From contig NW_005202428.1 in assembly GCF_000372725.1 (NCBI RefSeq), forward strand, positions 310,001-365,145: a stretch of 55,145 nucleotides of DNA, read 5' to 3'. The position numbers were made by a program, and so were the translations under genes. This DNA comes from Emiliania huxleyi CCMP1516 (lineage: Eukaryota). This document shows, one piece after another, positions 29,573 to 42,186 of this stretch (within the stretch, counting starts at the first letter, position 1; each line of letters opens with the position of its first letter). The notes under the pieces were generated by a model. The model saw only the letters and a program-made list of their open reading frames with translations. It was not told where the DNA came from and searched no databases.

Positions 29573-30442
29573 CGCCCTTCCGCAGCCTTCGGTAGCGCCG
29601 CGAGAAAGAATTCAACGAAAAGAACTCTCTCTCGGAGCACACAGGTTAACACTAACCGAGAACGTCGCCTCGAGACCATGGTGCGCGCGCCCGCCACCCC
29701 CGTGCCCATGGCGGCACGCGCGCGCGAGCGCGCGGTAGTAGGAGTAGGCTGCGTGACGAATCGCGCTGGTGGCTTGCCACCGGCTGCTGATCCACGGGAG
29801 CACCGACCCGAGCAGCAACACAATGCGCGCAAAACAGCAGCACATTCAGCGACCAGGAGAGCACCAGCCGAGGGGCTGCCCGCCGAGGCCCGAGCACGCG
29901 AGAAAGCGCGAGCGCAGGAGGCGACGCTCGGAAGCGCGGACAGGTTGCGTGAGGTAAGCGGCAGGGGGGGGCGGGGGGGGTTCGCAGTCAGAGGATACGG
30001 CCCATGGGCGGGGCTGGGGTACGGTTGGAGAGTGAGAGGTCGCGTCGAATCCTCACACAGGCCTCTTTTGCGGAATGAGGACCTCGCCTGCAGTGAGGAC
30101 CTCGGCATCAGAGCTCAGCAAAGTCAATATTCGGGGAAGCGAAGGCGGCACGGAAGATGCGGGGAGGGCGAGGGAGGGTCTGTGGGTCAGAGGGGGAGAG
30201 ACACGGCCCTTTGGGACTGGCCGGAAAAGATGGTCCCCCTGGGGAGACTGACCACCGATGAGTGAAATGAACAGGAAGGGAGGAAGGTAGCATCAATGTA
30301 GCCTCTATCTGTGCACTGGTGGGCATCCGCCATGTAGAATTCTTCTCAGTCGTTCTTCACACGGCAATCGCAGAGCAGATTGTGAATGAGCTTGCCAGCG
30401 GCGAGGGCGGTCGAGTGCACGGAGCTAAGTGCCTCGCCGTCC

Positions 30443-30637
30443 GAGAGAGAGAGAGAATTCTTGATACGAAACCACGACGACACACACCAGTCGACTCGCA
30501 TCGGTTGCCTCCATGAACGGCGGAGCTATTCTCGCGCCCACACCACACCTGGCTCCAACGTGGACACGCCCATAGCTGGGGACACTACTAGGTCACGCAT
30601 GGCATCACAGAAGTTTTATCTCTGGGCCCCGAAAGGC
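30443..30637 (-). mobile_element. ~190 bp SINE-like element family B with (TC)n tail
   Basis: Reverse complement matches 50125-50314 with the same ends. Confidence 0.75.
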
Positions 30638-32764
30638 ATCTCTAGCAGTGTCGTTACGCATGCCCCCTCCCATCCTGGGCGCATGCGCCTCACGTCTCGC
30701 CAGAGCATAAGCCCTTGGCGTGTGGCGAGACGAGTTTTTCGCCATGCAGCGAGCAGCAAGCCGCCCGCCACAAACAGCCGGAGGCATCGCCACGGCACTG
30801 GCTGCGCCGCGCTCCCGCACCCGTCGACGCAGCTCCCCCCGCGGAAGACCGCGCGTAGCGACGCCTTGACGATCGAGATGAGCGTGCCTGAAGCTCGCCC
30901 ACCTACTGCCCCTGAGAGTTGGTTATGAGTGGGCTCGGCTCCCCCCCTTGGGATCGAAGCTTCCACGACCTCACACCCAACATTCCAGGCGGGATCAGAA
31001 GGGGACTCCACACCGGACACCGCCCGGGCACAGACCCCCTACCCGTCGGATCGCACAGGGCCCCCTCGGAGCAGCCCACACACAATCACGCATCGGCAGA
31101 TTGAGTGCCTGAGTCAGGCAGACAGCACAGACAAGAGGAGAGAGAGGAGAGAGAGAGAGAGAGAGAGGAGAGAGGAGAGGGTGAGGGTGTGAACACACGT
31201 GAGGAGTGGGGGAGGGTGTCTGTGGTGGGCTGTAGTCCTACTACGTGGTTACAACCACGCGCCCCTCAGGAGCTTAAGGTAGAGCTGAGCGTCCAAGACG
31301 CCTCGGTGCCACCCACCGGCGTGAAGACCATCCGGATCTACCGAGCTCGTCCTCCGGACGGACCCGTCCCCGCGATGGCCCACGGTCCTCCGTCGCCTGG
31401 TTGAACCCCCTGCCTCCCGGTTGACCCCCCAGATGTCGTAGTCCATCATGAAATAAACTCAAAGTCCACCAGCCACCAGCCTCCACCTCCACCATCGACG
31501 CCGCCACCGCTGCCGCCCGCGACGCCGCCCGCCGCGTCGGATTGCCGCGACACGCGCCTCGAGTCCAGTCGGAGAGCCGCGCCGCATCAGCAGCAGCATC
31601 AGCACCAGCACCACCAGCACCACCAGCACCACCAAAACCAGAGAGAGGCGCAACCTGCCCGACGCCGCCGTGTCAGCTGCTCCCGACGCGCGTCTCGAGC
31701 CGAGTCGCAGAGCCGCGCCGCGCCAGCAGCAGCATATGCAACAGCATCAGCAACATCACCACCACCAGCAGNNNNNNNNNNNNNNNNNNNNNNNNNNNNN
31801 NNNNNNNNNNNNNNNNNNNNNNNNNNNNNNNNNNNNNNNNNNNNNNNNNNNNNNNNNNNNNNNNNNNNNNNNNNNNNNNNNNNNNNNNNNNNNNNNNNNN
31901 NNNNNNNNNNNNNNNNNNNNNNNNNNNNNNNNNNNNNNNNNNNNNNNNNNNNNNNNNNNNNNNNNNNNNNNNNNNNNNNNNNNNNNNNNNNNNNNNNNNN
32001 NNNNNNNNNNNNNNNNNNNNNNNNNNNNNNNNNNNNNNNNNNNNNNNNNNNNNNNNNNNNNNNNNNNNNNNNNNNNNNNNNNNNNNNNNNNNNNNNNNNN
32101 NNNNNNNNNNNNNNNNNNNNNNNNNNNNNNNNNNNNNNNNNNNNNNNNNNNNNNNNNNNNNNNNNNNNNNNNNNNNNNNNNNNNNNNNNNNNNNNNNNNN
32201 NNNNNNNNNNNNNNNNNNNNNNNNNNNNNNNNNNNNNNNNNNNNNNNNNNNNNNNNNNNNNNNNNNNNNNNNNNNNNNNNNNNNNNNNNNNNNNNNNNNN
32301 NNNNNNNNNNNNNNNNNNNNNNNNNNNNNNNNNNNNNNNNNNNNNNNNNNNNNNNNNNNNNNNNNNNNNNNNNNNNNNNNNNNNNNNNNNNNNNNNNNNN
32401 NNNNNNNNNNNNNNNNNNNNNNNNNNNNNNNNNNNNNNNNNNNNNNNNNNNNNNNNNNNNNNNNNNNNNNNNNNNNNNNNNNNNNNNNNNNNNNNNNNNN
32501 NNNNNNNNNNNNNNNNNNNNNNNNNNNNNNNNNNNNNNNNNNNNNNNNNNNNNNNNNNNNNNNNNNNNNNNNNNNNNNNNNNNNNNNNNNNNNNNNNNNN
32601 NNNNNNNNNNNNNNNNNNNNNNNNNNNNNNNNNNNNNNNNNNNNNNNNNNNNNNNNNNNNNNNNNNNNNNNNNNNNNNNNNNNNNNNNNNNNNNNNNNNN
32701 NNNNNNNNNNNNNNNNNNNNNNNNNNNNNNNNNNNNGGGGAGATATGGGGAGATATGGGGAGAT

Positions 32765-34940
32765 ATGGCTCATGTTTGCCGACGAGGGGCAGTCGCTGCA
32801 CCAGGCGCTCTACACTTCCCCATATCTCCCCATATCTCCGCATATCTCCCCATATCTCCCCGTATCTCCCCGTATCTCGAGGGGCAGTCGCTGCACCAGG
32901 CGCTCTACACCTCCCTCGAGGCGGAGGGCCACGTGCTGATGCGGCCGTCCCTTCTCTGGCTGAGGCTGCGCCGCGAGCCGGCCGGCCAGCAGCTGCTGCG
33001 GCAGGTGGTGCGGCAGGGTGCCCCCCTAATGAGTCAGCTACGAGTCACTCTCTCATCGATAGCAGCTGCTGCGGCAGGTGGTGCGGGAGGCAGTGGCGGC
33101 GGTGGCGGCGCTGCACGCCTCAAACATCACCCACCGCGACCTCAAGCCCGCCAACCTGATCGTCGACCTCTCGCGCTCGCCTCTGCTCCGGCCCGCAGCC
33201 TGTTGGCTGTATGTTGTATGGCGGTCTACTCAATGGTGTCTCCTTCCATTTCAGGCTCGCAGACTTTGGCTCGGCTGTCGACGACGTGACCCTCGCGCCG
33301 CTGCACGGCCTCTACCCGCGCGGCCCGTCGACTGCCGAGGAGACAGCCGGGTACCAGCCCCCCGAGGCGCGAGATATGGGGAGATATGGGGAGATGTGGG
33401 GAGATGTGGGGAGATGTGGGGAGATGTGGGGAGATGTGGGGAGATGTGGGTACCAGCCTCCTGAGGCGACAGTTCCTAGACACTTCCTAGACACTTCCTA
33501 GACACTTCCTAGATCCAGCCGGGTACCAGCCCCCCGAGGCGCTCTACGCCTGTATCTCCCCATATCTCCCCACATCTCCCCGTTCTCGAGGGTACCAGCC
33601 CCAGAGGCGTCGCTCGCCTCTCGAGCTCTCCCACCTGCTCGCCGACCTATGCACCAATGACTCACTCATCACTCGTCAGGCGGCGCTCGGCGGCCTTCCC
33701 TTCGACACGGCAAGACCCGCGCAGCTGCGGCCTGTGTGAAAGACTACTCAATGGTTCCGAAGGATGAGCTCATACCTCGTTAGGCGGACCCGCGCAGCTA
33801 CGACCTGTGGTCGCTCGGCGTGGTCGTTCTCCTAGACACTTCCTAGACACTTCCTAGACACTTCCCAGACATTTCCTAGACATTTCCTAGACATTTCCTA
33901 GACGCTCGGCGTGGTCGTTCTCCTAGACACTTCCTAGACACTTCCTAGACACTTCCCAGACATTTCCTAGACATTTCCTAGACATTTCCTAGACGCTCGG
34001 CGTGGTCGTTCTCCTAGACACTTCCTAGACACTTCCTAGACACTTCCCAGACATTTCCTAGACATTTCCTAGACACTTCCTAGACGCTCGGCGTGGTCGT
34101 GCTCGAGGCTGCTGCCCGGGCCGCTCCCCGCCAACCGAGGAGTCTCACCACTCCTCCGCCACCGCATAGGTCGTCCTCGAGCTGCTGCTCGGCCGGCCCG
34201 ACGTCTTTGAGCCGTCGCCAAAGGGCGAGGCGCGATGGCGGGCGCAGCAAGAGCAGCGCGGGCGGCGGCGGGCGGCGGACGGCGAGGCGGCGGGCGGCGG
34301 CGACGGCCCGGACCGGTGGCCGAGAAGCGGAACACGTATTCTTGTTTTCCAACGCGCGCTCGAGAGGAGGACACGGGTTCGGCTGTGTTCGGCCGGAGCC
34401 GATTGCCGCCGTTGTATTCGTACCCCTCGTACTCACGCGGTGCTCTGAAGACACTGCGCAGTACCGCCTTCCCGCCCTGACGTGGGTGTCTTCGGACTGT
34501 AGGGCAAGTGGCGCCTCGCCCTCGCCCTCGCTGAGTACTGCATCGGCCCGCCGCCCGCACCGAGTGGCGTGGCCGCAAGCCGCGGTGGCGCGTCCGAGGG
34601 CGGCGGCGAGCCGGTCGCGAGGAGCGGCGCGGAGTGCGGCCGCGACGGCTTCTTTGCCGCCGTCCGCCGGCTCGACCCGCTGCGAGAGCGCGGGGTGCCT
34701 CTCGACGCGGAGCTGCTCGACCTCGCGCATGGGCTGCTGCGGTACGAGCCGTCGCGGCGCCTCTCCGCCGCAGAGGCGCTTCGCCACCCTGCGCTCGCAA
34801 ACGCGGCGACGGCGCCGCCCGGAGAGGCGCCGAGCCACGCCGCGCGGCTGCTCGGGGTTGGGGCGTCGCCGGTGGAGGCGGCGGAGCTCGGCAGGGGAGG
34901 TCAGGGGCAGGCGGACGCCTGCGGCGATGCCGGCGGGTGA
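32765..34940 (+). CDS. Ser/Thr protein kinase, At3g63330-like; 5' part lost in gap, multi-exon
   Basis: THRDLKPAN, RLADFGSA, GPSTAEETAGYQPPEA, YDLWSLG|VVLELLLGRPDVF, LLRYEPSRRLSAAEALRHP. Family-type segments WLMFADEG, RPSLLW and EYCI recalled from the plant family. Confidence 0.85.
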
Positions 34941-35016
34941 GCGACACCTGCGCGCGACAGAGTGTTGTGGACACAAAGGTTGTTCGAACGAGGCGGGTTA
35001 TGTGCGCTGGGTTCTT

Positions 35017-35393
35017 TAAATAAATAAATAAATAAAAACGGACACCTCTCTACTGTGAGATGGGTAAAAAGGAACAGGCCCCCGCCCTTGCGATCTTTGT
35101 GCAGGGTTCTTTGTGGGTGTGGTCGGCGACTAGCCGGGGTCGTCCTCCCCGTGGGGACTAGCACTAGCCGTCTTCACATGGTCCCTCGGGTCCCTGCTGC
35201 TCCTAATCTCTTCGTACATCCTCCTGCTGATCTCCGCCAAGTCCTGTTCCCTCCCTCGTCTCGCCCTGCGCGTCTGCTCCGCCTCACCGTCTTCTGCCCT
35301 GCGTCGTCTGGCGACGGGTCCTCCATAGTCGGTCGAGGTCGCCGCCCTCCTCGTGCCTCTTCCCAACGTTCCCTCGGCGGCGGGTTTCTTTAA
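35017..35393 (-). mobile_element. 5'-truncated LINE-like 3' end with (TTTA)n tail and possible TSD
   Basis: ORF end ...GEDDPG* at 35130; (TTTA)n tail at 35017-35036; TTCTTTAA at both 35012 and 35386. Confidence 0.55.
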
Positions 35394-36407
35394 TCAAACA
35401 CGGGAGAACATTTTTCAGTGTATGACTAATGAGGTATGAGTAAAGCCGTACGGCTCTATGTAGCTCTTCTTCTCAATATGTAGCTTGAGCACTTGAGCAC
35501 AGACTTGATAGGGTCGATTCCGCATGGTACGGGACCCCACGATCGTCTCGCCCTCCCTCACTGGTGTGTTCACTGGGTGGGGTCATAACAAACACGGTAC
35601 AGGATCGAGGTGCACGCTGCTGAGGGACCCCAGAGGGTAGATCGAGCAGTGTCGTCCCCCCGCTCCATCATCTCCCTGGGAGACGTCGGCGGCGATGGCG
35701 GTGTGACCGATCGAGCTACAAGAGGAACTTGTTCAGCAGGATCCGGGACAGGTCTGGTGCACTACCTCACTGGGCCTGGGACCACCGAGACAGCGCCCGT
35801 CACCGTCTCGGGTTTGCGTGGGGTCGAACCACTCCGGGATGAGCAAGCTCATCGTTTTGTTCTGTGTTGTCCCTCCTGTGCGGGGGGGGGGGGGGGTCTG
35901 TGCCATTTTGGTAGGCACCCGGGCCCGGAGGGGGGGGGGGGGGGCACCCAAGGGAGTTAGAGGGGGGGGGCTCAGGCGCTCAGCCGGTAGAGAAGGTAGG
36001 CATAGCAACATGGAGACATACTTCACATGGTAACTAGGTTTTCCACTCCGCGCGAGTACTATCCTCGGATCCGACCATGTTCTCTCCCTCTGCGCGAGTT
36101 TCTCGCGCTTACTCCTCGGTAACCTCCTCCCATCCCTACCCCCCGCCCCACTCGATGACCCGCCCCTCTCCGCCCGCCCCTCTCGGTCCCCCATCTCCCC
36201 AATCACGCCCCCCTCTCCCCCCCCCCATCCACCCCCACCGCCTCCCCCTCAATCAGGTCCCTCCCGCCCCTCTTCCTCCTCCGCTCCCCGCCGCCCCCCT
36301 CCCCCTCCTCGCCCACGCCCCCCCCTTCCCCGCCACCCCCCTCCCCGTCCCGCGCCCCGAGCCCGGATATGTAGCTCTATGTAGCTCTTCATTCCTTTTT
36401 GGTCACC

Positions 36408-36519
36408 AAGGTAAGGAGGTTCGGCTTTAAAAGGTAAACTTCTCCACACACACAAGGTGGTGGGGTGAGGGGGGGCGGCCGACCCTCGCGTGTCCACGTC
36501 TAGAGACGACAGGAGCCCA
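36408..36519 (-). mobile_element. Short SINE-like family A copy
   Basis: AGGTAAACTTCTCCACACACACAAGGTGGTGGGG...GACAGGAGCCC matches the 5780-5865 and 8960-9040 copies. Confidence 0.65.
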
Positions 36520-37402
36520 TTATTTGGTCACCTTCCATCCCCATCTAGCCCCGTACACGCCGCTTTCGTGGGGGCGCGGAAACACACGTCCTCCGGCAAT
36601 GCTCTCCTTCGACTCTGTTGTACCGCGCATTGAGTCCCAGTTATTTCGTTCGCATCCATTGGACGCAGTGCGCTGAGAAGTGCCCGTGCACTCCTGTAGC
36701 GGTCAACCCATCCATACGCCGGCACGGAAAAGGCGTGCTGTTCTCTGTCCTCCTCGATGTTGACGTAAATAGCCACTAGCAACTCCATTTGCGCCACTAG
36801 AGCCGCCAACGCCTTCACTACGTCGTACCTAGTTTTTTGTCTCCCCACGCGTCGAATGCAGTCCTCCATCTGTGTCGCCATCAAGGGAAAATTTGCGTCC
36901 GAGTTCCACAGCTTGAAATACGGTGTCTCCTGCAGTGGCTGCTGTTGGCGGGTCGACCAATGCCAGCCAATAATATTATTATTGACCAGCGAGGAGCGCC
37001 GCCCGCGCCGCCACCGACGCGACCGTAGCCGCAGCCCTCCCTCTCACAGCAGCGGGCGGCGCAGCAGCGACGGCGGCAGCTAGCGCGAGCGCACGACTCG
37101 AGAGCTGACACACTTTTCGATGCGTAGCTACATCCTACATGCACGCCTGTTCACTGTCAGCTGAAATCATTAAGGACGACGCACACGTGTCAGTGATAAA
37201 CGCGTGCACATGCAGCCCTCTGTGAGGAGCACTTGGAGCCGACTTGTGTTTGTGCTTGGAGGCCCACTTCGCACTTGTGCTTGGCCCACTTGGAGTGCAG
37301 TCGCGGCGGATGAAATGCTACTCAGCGGACGGCATCTCGCACACGACACGCGTAGCGACCTGTTCAATGGCCACCAGCGATGAAATGCTACACAGTACAC
37401 TT

Positions 37403-38100
37403 TCAGTGAACTCGGGACGGCATCTCGTGCACGTAGACCCGCAGCGGCGACCCCTCCGCCGCAGACGCGACGGCATGCCCTGCTCTTCCTGCCGCAGCGG
37501 CGCCAGACGAGGCAGCGGCCTCGCCGACGACGCAGCCTCGGAGCGAAGCGGAAGGGCCGGCCGGAAGGGCTTGGCAAAACGGCCTTCTGCCTGCGTCGTC
37601 GGCGCTCACGGCAAGCGGACGCAGCCTCAAGGCTTTGGCACCTCGCAAAACGGGCCGCGCCGGCGCTCGGGGCACGCGGGGCCGTGAGCGCCCTCGTCGC
37701 AGCGCAGGGCGGCCCGCCCGCCGCGTCGGCCGACGTGAGCATCCACTTCCGCCGCCGCCGCCCGCCGCCTCGCTTCGCGCCCGCCGCCGCCTCGAAGACG
37801 GAGGTCGCGTTGAGCTCCACCGTCCGAGAGGAAGGGAGCCCAGCGGCCGGCGCGCGCCTCGGCGGGGAGGGGCGGGTCGCCCGGCCGCGAGTCGTACACG
37901 AGCGGCCACGGCTTGGCCCACTCGCGGCGCCAGCGGTCGCCGCCCGGCTGCTCGTCGAACCGGGTCCACGCGCCATCCGGCCGCCGCACCGGCAGCGCCG
38001 GTCGGCCGTCGCCCCGGCCCGTCGGGCAGCCTATGATGTACCTTCCATCCACGTAGGGTGGCTCGTAATTTGGCTCTCTCGATGTACACACTCCAAACAC
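37403..38100 (-). pseudogene. Possible disrupted gene fragment ending in an exostosin (GT47)-like LRVYVHEMP motif
   Basis: Coding-like stretches change frame and stop shortly after SPLRVYVHEMPS; only one short motif supports the family call. Confidence 0.2.
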
Positions 38101-38989
38101 TCCAAGAGCGGCCGCGGCGCGCGCGCGCGCGCGCGCGCGCGCGCGCGCACGCACACTGCTCGGTACCCCCCCCGCAGCAGCGCTCTGCTGCTGGGGGGGT
38201 CGGGACCCCCCCCCCAGCAGGAGCGCTCTGCCTGTGGGGGGTGCTGGCATCTCTGTACAGACAGCAGCTGTAAGTAGCATGCGTTCCAGTGGCGAGAATT
38301 TATGGTCGGCATCAAAATCAGTGGTCTCACCGGCAGGCCCTCCTACTGCCAACCGGGAGGTGCGGGGCACGCCAGCCTCTCTTCTACGCCTCTCGTGCCT
38401 CGCGGCGCCTCTGCTTCAAGGGGGGAAGATACGGCTCTCGCAGCCCATCATACGCCGTGGCACAGCGGGGAGCACAGCGGGCTGTACAAGATATTGTTCC
38501 CTATCTTCGCATGCTCGTCGTTGGTGATATCCGCGCGAGGTCATACGCCACAGGCCAGCAATCACTCGATGATGAGACTACACTGATGTATAGGCGCGTG
38601 TGGTATTACAAGATAGACTCACATGGTCACAAAAAGTAATATATCTTTACTTTTCCAACACCCGGACGTTCCCACGGTGATGGAAGGTTCGACGCACCCC
38701 CGGACTGGGCAGAGAGGTCCCAGGAAACAAAGGCCTGGGCACTCCGCCCCGCACCCACTTGCCCTGATGCGACGGTGTATCATTCACTTTATGCCACCGT
38801 TGCATATCCCAACTGCACAGGATAGCGTGCCCCGACGAACGGCGACACATAGCGGGGGACACTGCGCCGGGGGGTATGCCTAACTTTGGTGCTTTGTGTG
38901 GGTCGCGTTCCCTTGGTAGCTGTGTGGTTGAAGCCCTCGTGCCGCTGGCTTGCCCCTTCCAGCGGCTGGCCCCTCGAGACTGTCGGTGC

Positions 38990-41900
38990 TTGGCGGGTGG
39001 CTGCGCCTATCACGGGCATGTAGAAACCAGGCGCACACGGGAGCGGTTCCGCTGTGCCCTTGGGACAAAAGTGGCCTCGCTTACACGCACCTTCGCAGGA
39101 GGAGTTGGTGAGGCCGCTCCTGTTCCCATAGTAGCCAGCAGGGCAGAGGTTGCACTCGGGAACGCTGAAGTCGCCAAAAAAGGAGCCCTTGCGCGGCATC
39201 CAGCTGCCCAAGCGGCAGTCCCAGTCTATCGGCGAGTTTGTCTGTATCGTCGTGTCGTCGCCAGCAGTGTTGCCGGTGAAGGAGGCGTCGCTGATCGAGG
39301 AGCGTTGGCGGAGTTCTTGCAGGTGCAGCACCGAGCCTGACCTCCCCGCTCCGTTGTCGATGAAGTCGACACCCGCGATGGAGAGGGACTCACTGAAAGT
39401 CGCGGAGACGACGCCGCCGTACTGCGGTTGCGAGGAGAGGGCGGAGTGAGGCAGCCGTGGCCCTCTCTCTCTCTGGCCCCGCTTTCGTGCGGCGCTGCTG
39501 GAGTGCGGCTAGCTCTACGCGGCGCACATTGCCAGCCGAGCAGCTCGTCACGGCCGAGCCGATGATCGAGACCACACCGCTGTTCTGAAGCGCGTTGACG
39601 ACGCCGCCGTTCTGCGGTTGCGAGGAGAGAGCGGGGTGAGACAGCCGTGGCCCTCTCTATCTCTCGCCCCGCTGCCGTGCGGCGCTGCTGGAGGGAGGCT
39701 AGCTCTACGCGGCGCACATTGCCAGCCGAGCAGCTCGTCACGGCCGAGCCAATTATCGAGACCGCACCGCTGTCATACGCGTTGACCACGCCGCCCTCCT
39801 GCGGTTGCGAGAAGAGAGCGGGGTGAGGCAGCCGTGGCCCTCTCCATCTCCCGCCCCGCTGCCGTGCGGCGCTGCTGGAGTGCGGCTAGCTCTACGCGGC
39901 GCACAGCGCCAGCCGAGCAGCTCGTCAGATTCGAGCCAATTATCGAGACCGCACCGCTGTCATACGCGTTGACCACGCCGCCCTCCTGCGGTTGCGAGAA
40001 GAGAGCGGGGTGAGGCAGCCGTGGCCCTCTCCATCTCCCGCCCCGCTGCCGTGCGGCGCTGCTGGAGTGCGGCTAGCTCTACGCGGCGCACAGTGCCAGC
40101 CGAGCAGCCCGACACGGTCGAGCCGATTATCGAGACCGCACCACTGGACTCCGCGTAGACGACGCCGCCGTGCTGCGGTTGCGAGGAGAGAGCGGGGTGA
40201 GGCAGCCGTGGCCCTCTCCACCTCTCGCCCCGCTGCCGTGCTGCGCTGCTGAAGTGCGGCTAGCTCTACGCGGCGCACATAGGCAGCCGAGCAATCTCTG
40301 ACCGTCGAGTCGATGATCTCGACGTCGCCTGCGCCACTCGCGAACACAGCGCCGCCCCAGCTCGCCCTCCCGTTGACGAGGGTCAGCCCCCGCAGGGTGA
40401 GGCTGCAGCCGCCCTCGAGGGAAAAGAGCCCGGTCTGTTCCTGGCCGTCGAGCGTCGCGCCCTCGCCGCTGCTCGCGACGGTCACCTTGATGTCGGAGCC
40501 GCAACTGATCTGGCTGAGAAGCTTGAAGTCCGCACCGGGCGGCAGGTAGATTGAGACGTCGGCTCGCGAAGCAGCAGCCTCCGCGATCAGGGAGCGGAGC
40601 TTAGCCTCGCTCGCCGCGGCGACAAAGTCCGGGGAGAGCGGCGGCAGAGGCGACAGAGGCGGCGGCGGCGGAGAGGACGGCGGCGGAGGGGGCAGCGACG
40701 GCGGCGACGGCGGCGACGGAGGGAAAGGGGCGACGATGAACGTTTTGCTGCCGGAGGATCCGGAGTCGAGCGTGAATGTATAGCCCGCACCCTCCCACTC
40801 GTCGCCGTTCCAGCCGTCGCCGTACGAGTCGTACATGTTGAGCGTGCACTCGCCGGGCGGCGCGGACAGGGTGCCGGAGTAGGGGGCCCCTCCACTGCCG
40901 ATCAACGCGCCGCTGCACGTCAGGGTCCACGACACCTCGGACGGATAGCTGCCGCCACCCACAGTGACCTGGAAGTCGATTGGCGGCGACGGCGGAAAGG
41001 ATGGCGGCGGCGGAGAGGACGGCAGTGACGGAGGCAGCGACGGCGGTGACGGAGGCAGCGACGGCGGCGGCGGCGGCAGCGACGGCGGCGACGGAGAGGA
41101 CGGAGGGAGGGGGGCGAGGATGAACGTCTCGCTGCCGTAGGATCCGGAGCCGAGCGTGAACGTATAGCCCGCACCCTTCCACAAGTCGCCGTTCCAGCCG
41201 TCGCCGTACGAGTCGTACATGTCGAGCGTGCACTCGCCGAGCGGCGCGGACAGGGTGCCGGAGTAGGGGGCCCCTCCACTGCCGATCAACGCGCCGCTGC
41301 ACGTCAGGGCCCACGACACCTCGGACGGATAGCTGCCGCCACCCACAGTGACCTGGAAGTCGATTGATGGCGACGTATCGATGTCAACCTCCCCAGAGCC
41401 AATCTCCCCAGAGCCAGTCTCGCCCGAGCCAGACGTGTGGACTGATGGTGCACATGCCAGCGGGAGCAGCGCGGCGAGAATCAGCAGCCACGCGCCACGC
41501 CTCGCCCCCGTCCGGCACCGCACGAGGCGCCCCGAGCTGCTCCTCCGCACCGAGAGCACGCCGCCGCACGCTCCGAGCAGCACGAACAAGGCGGCCCAAA
41601 ACTGACAGCGCTGCTGGGTGCGGACAGGCGCGGAAGAGGAGGGTCCGCTCATGAAGGGAAAGTGGAACGGGGAGGGCAGGTCGATGGAGAGCTCGTCGGT
41701 GAGTGCGTGGTGAGGCTCCGCATGCCACGCAACGGGGGCGGCGCAGCGTGGCTGCCGGTCGGCGCACACACGTGAGACGGAGGAGATATCGGACTGGACC
41801 GAGTTCGAATCGGAGATCTGAGCGGCACGGACCTCTGCAGGCCATGCCGGCTCCGCGAGAAGAGGGTCAATGGCCCGGCCAAGCTGGAGGAAGAGATCCT

Positions 41901-42186
41901 TGGTTGTGGCTGGAGAAGCGGTCGCCAATCTGTTCACCCGCCACTCGCCGCCGGCGTGCATGCTAGAGACGGGCGCGCCGAGGCCAGTCTCAACCAGCTT
42001 CTCGGGCGTGTTCCCAGCGTCGGCGGACCGCATCTCGGGCGACGTGCCGTTCACGGGCAGGACGGTTTCGCGAACGATGATCCCCGATCTGCTTCTGTAG
42101 ACGGGACCGATAGAGTCGATCTCGGGCTCGCCCTTGCGCTCCATGCTGTTGCGCGAGGCCGGGACGGTCTCCAAATCGGCCTCGGC
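38990..42186 (-). CDS. Secreted/membrane protein: two DSYGDGWNG domains, Pro-rich linkers, Pmp-like beta-helix repeats, Cys-rich GCC2/GCC3 (ephrin-receptor-like) repeat; 3' end unresolved
   Basis: GGGSYPSEVSW..C.L.MYDSYGDGWNG x2 (384-bp period); ATLDG..LF..LTLRGLTLVNG..GGAV; GGVV..C exon repeats; CPAGYYG..CKRGHFCPKG..PCAPGFY. Confidence 0.75.
39422..40278 (-). repeat. Tandem exon+intron module: five 106-bp introns and four 81/84-bp phase-0 exons
   Basis: Introns 40278-40173, 40091-39986, 39904-39799, 39717-39612 and 39527-39422, each GTGCGCCGCG...AACCGCAG. Confidence 0.9.

Noticed and set aside
31542..33289. Long ORFs crossing N runs (also 26.1-27.9 kb and 52.4-53.7 kb)
   Set aside because: Their length is an artefact of the gaps.
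35400..36900. ORFs 35733-36206 and 36528-36884 and the repeated TATGTAGCTCT
   Set aside because: No family recognised and the repeat is too short to call LTRs.
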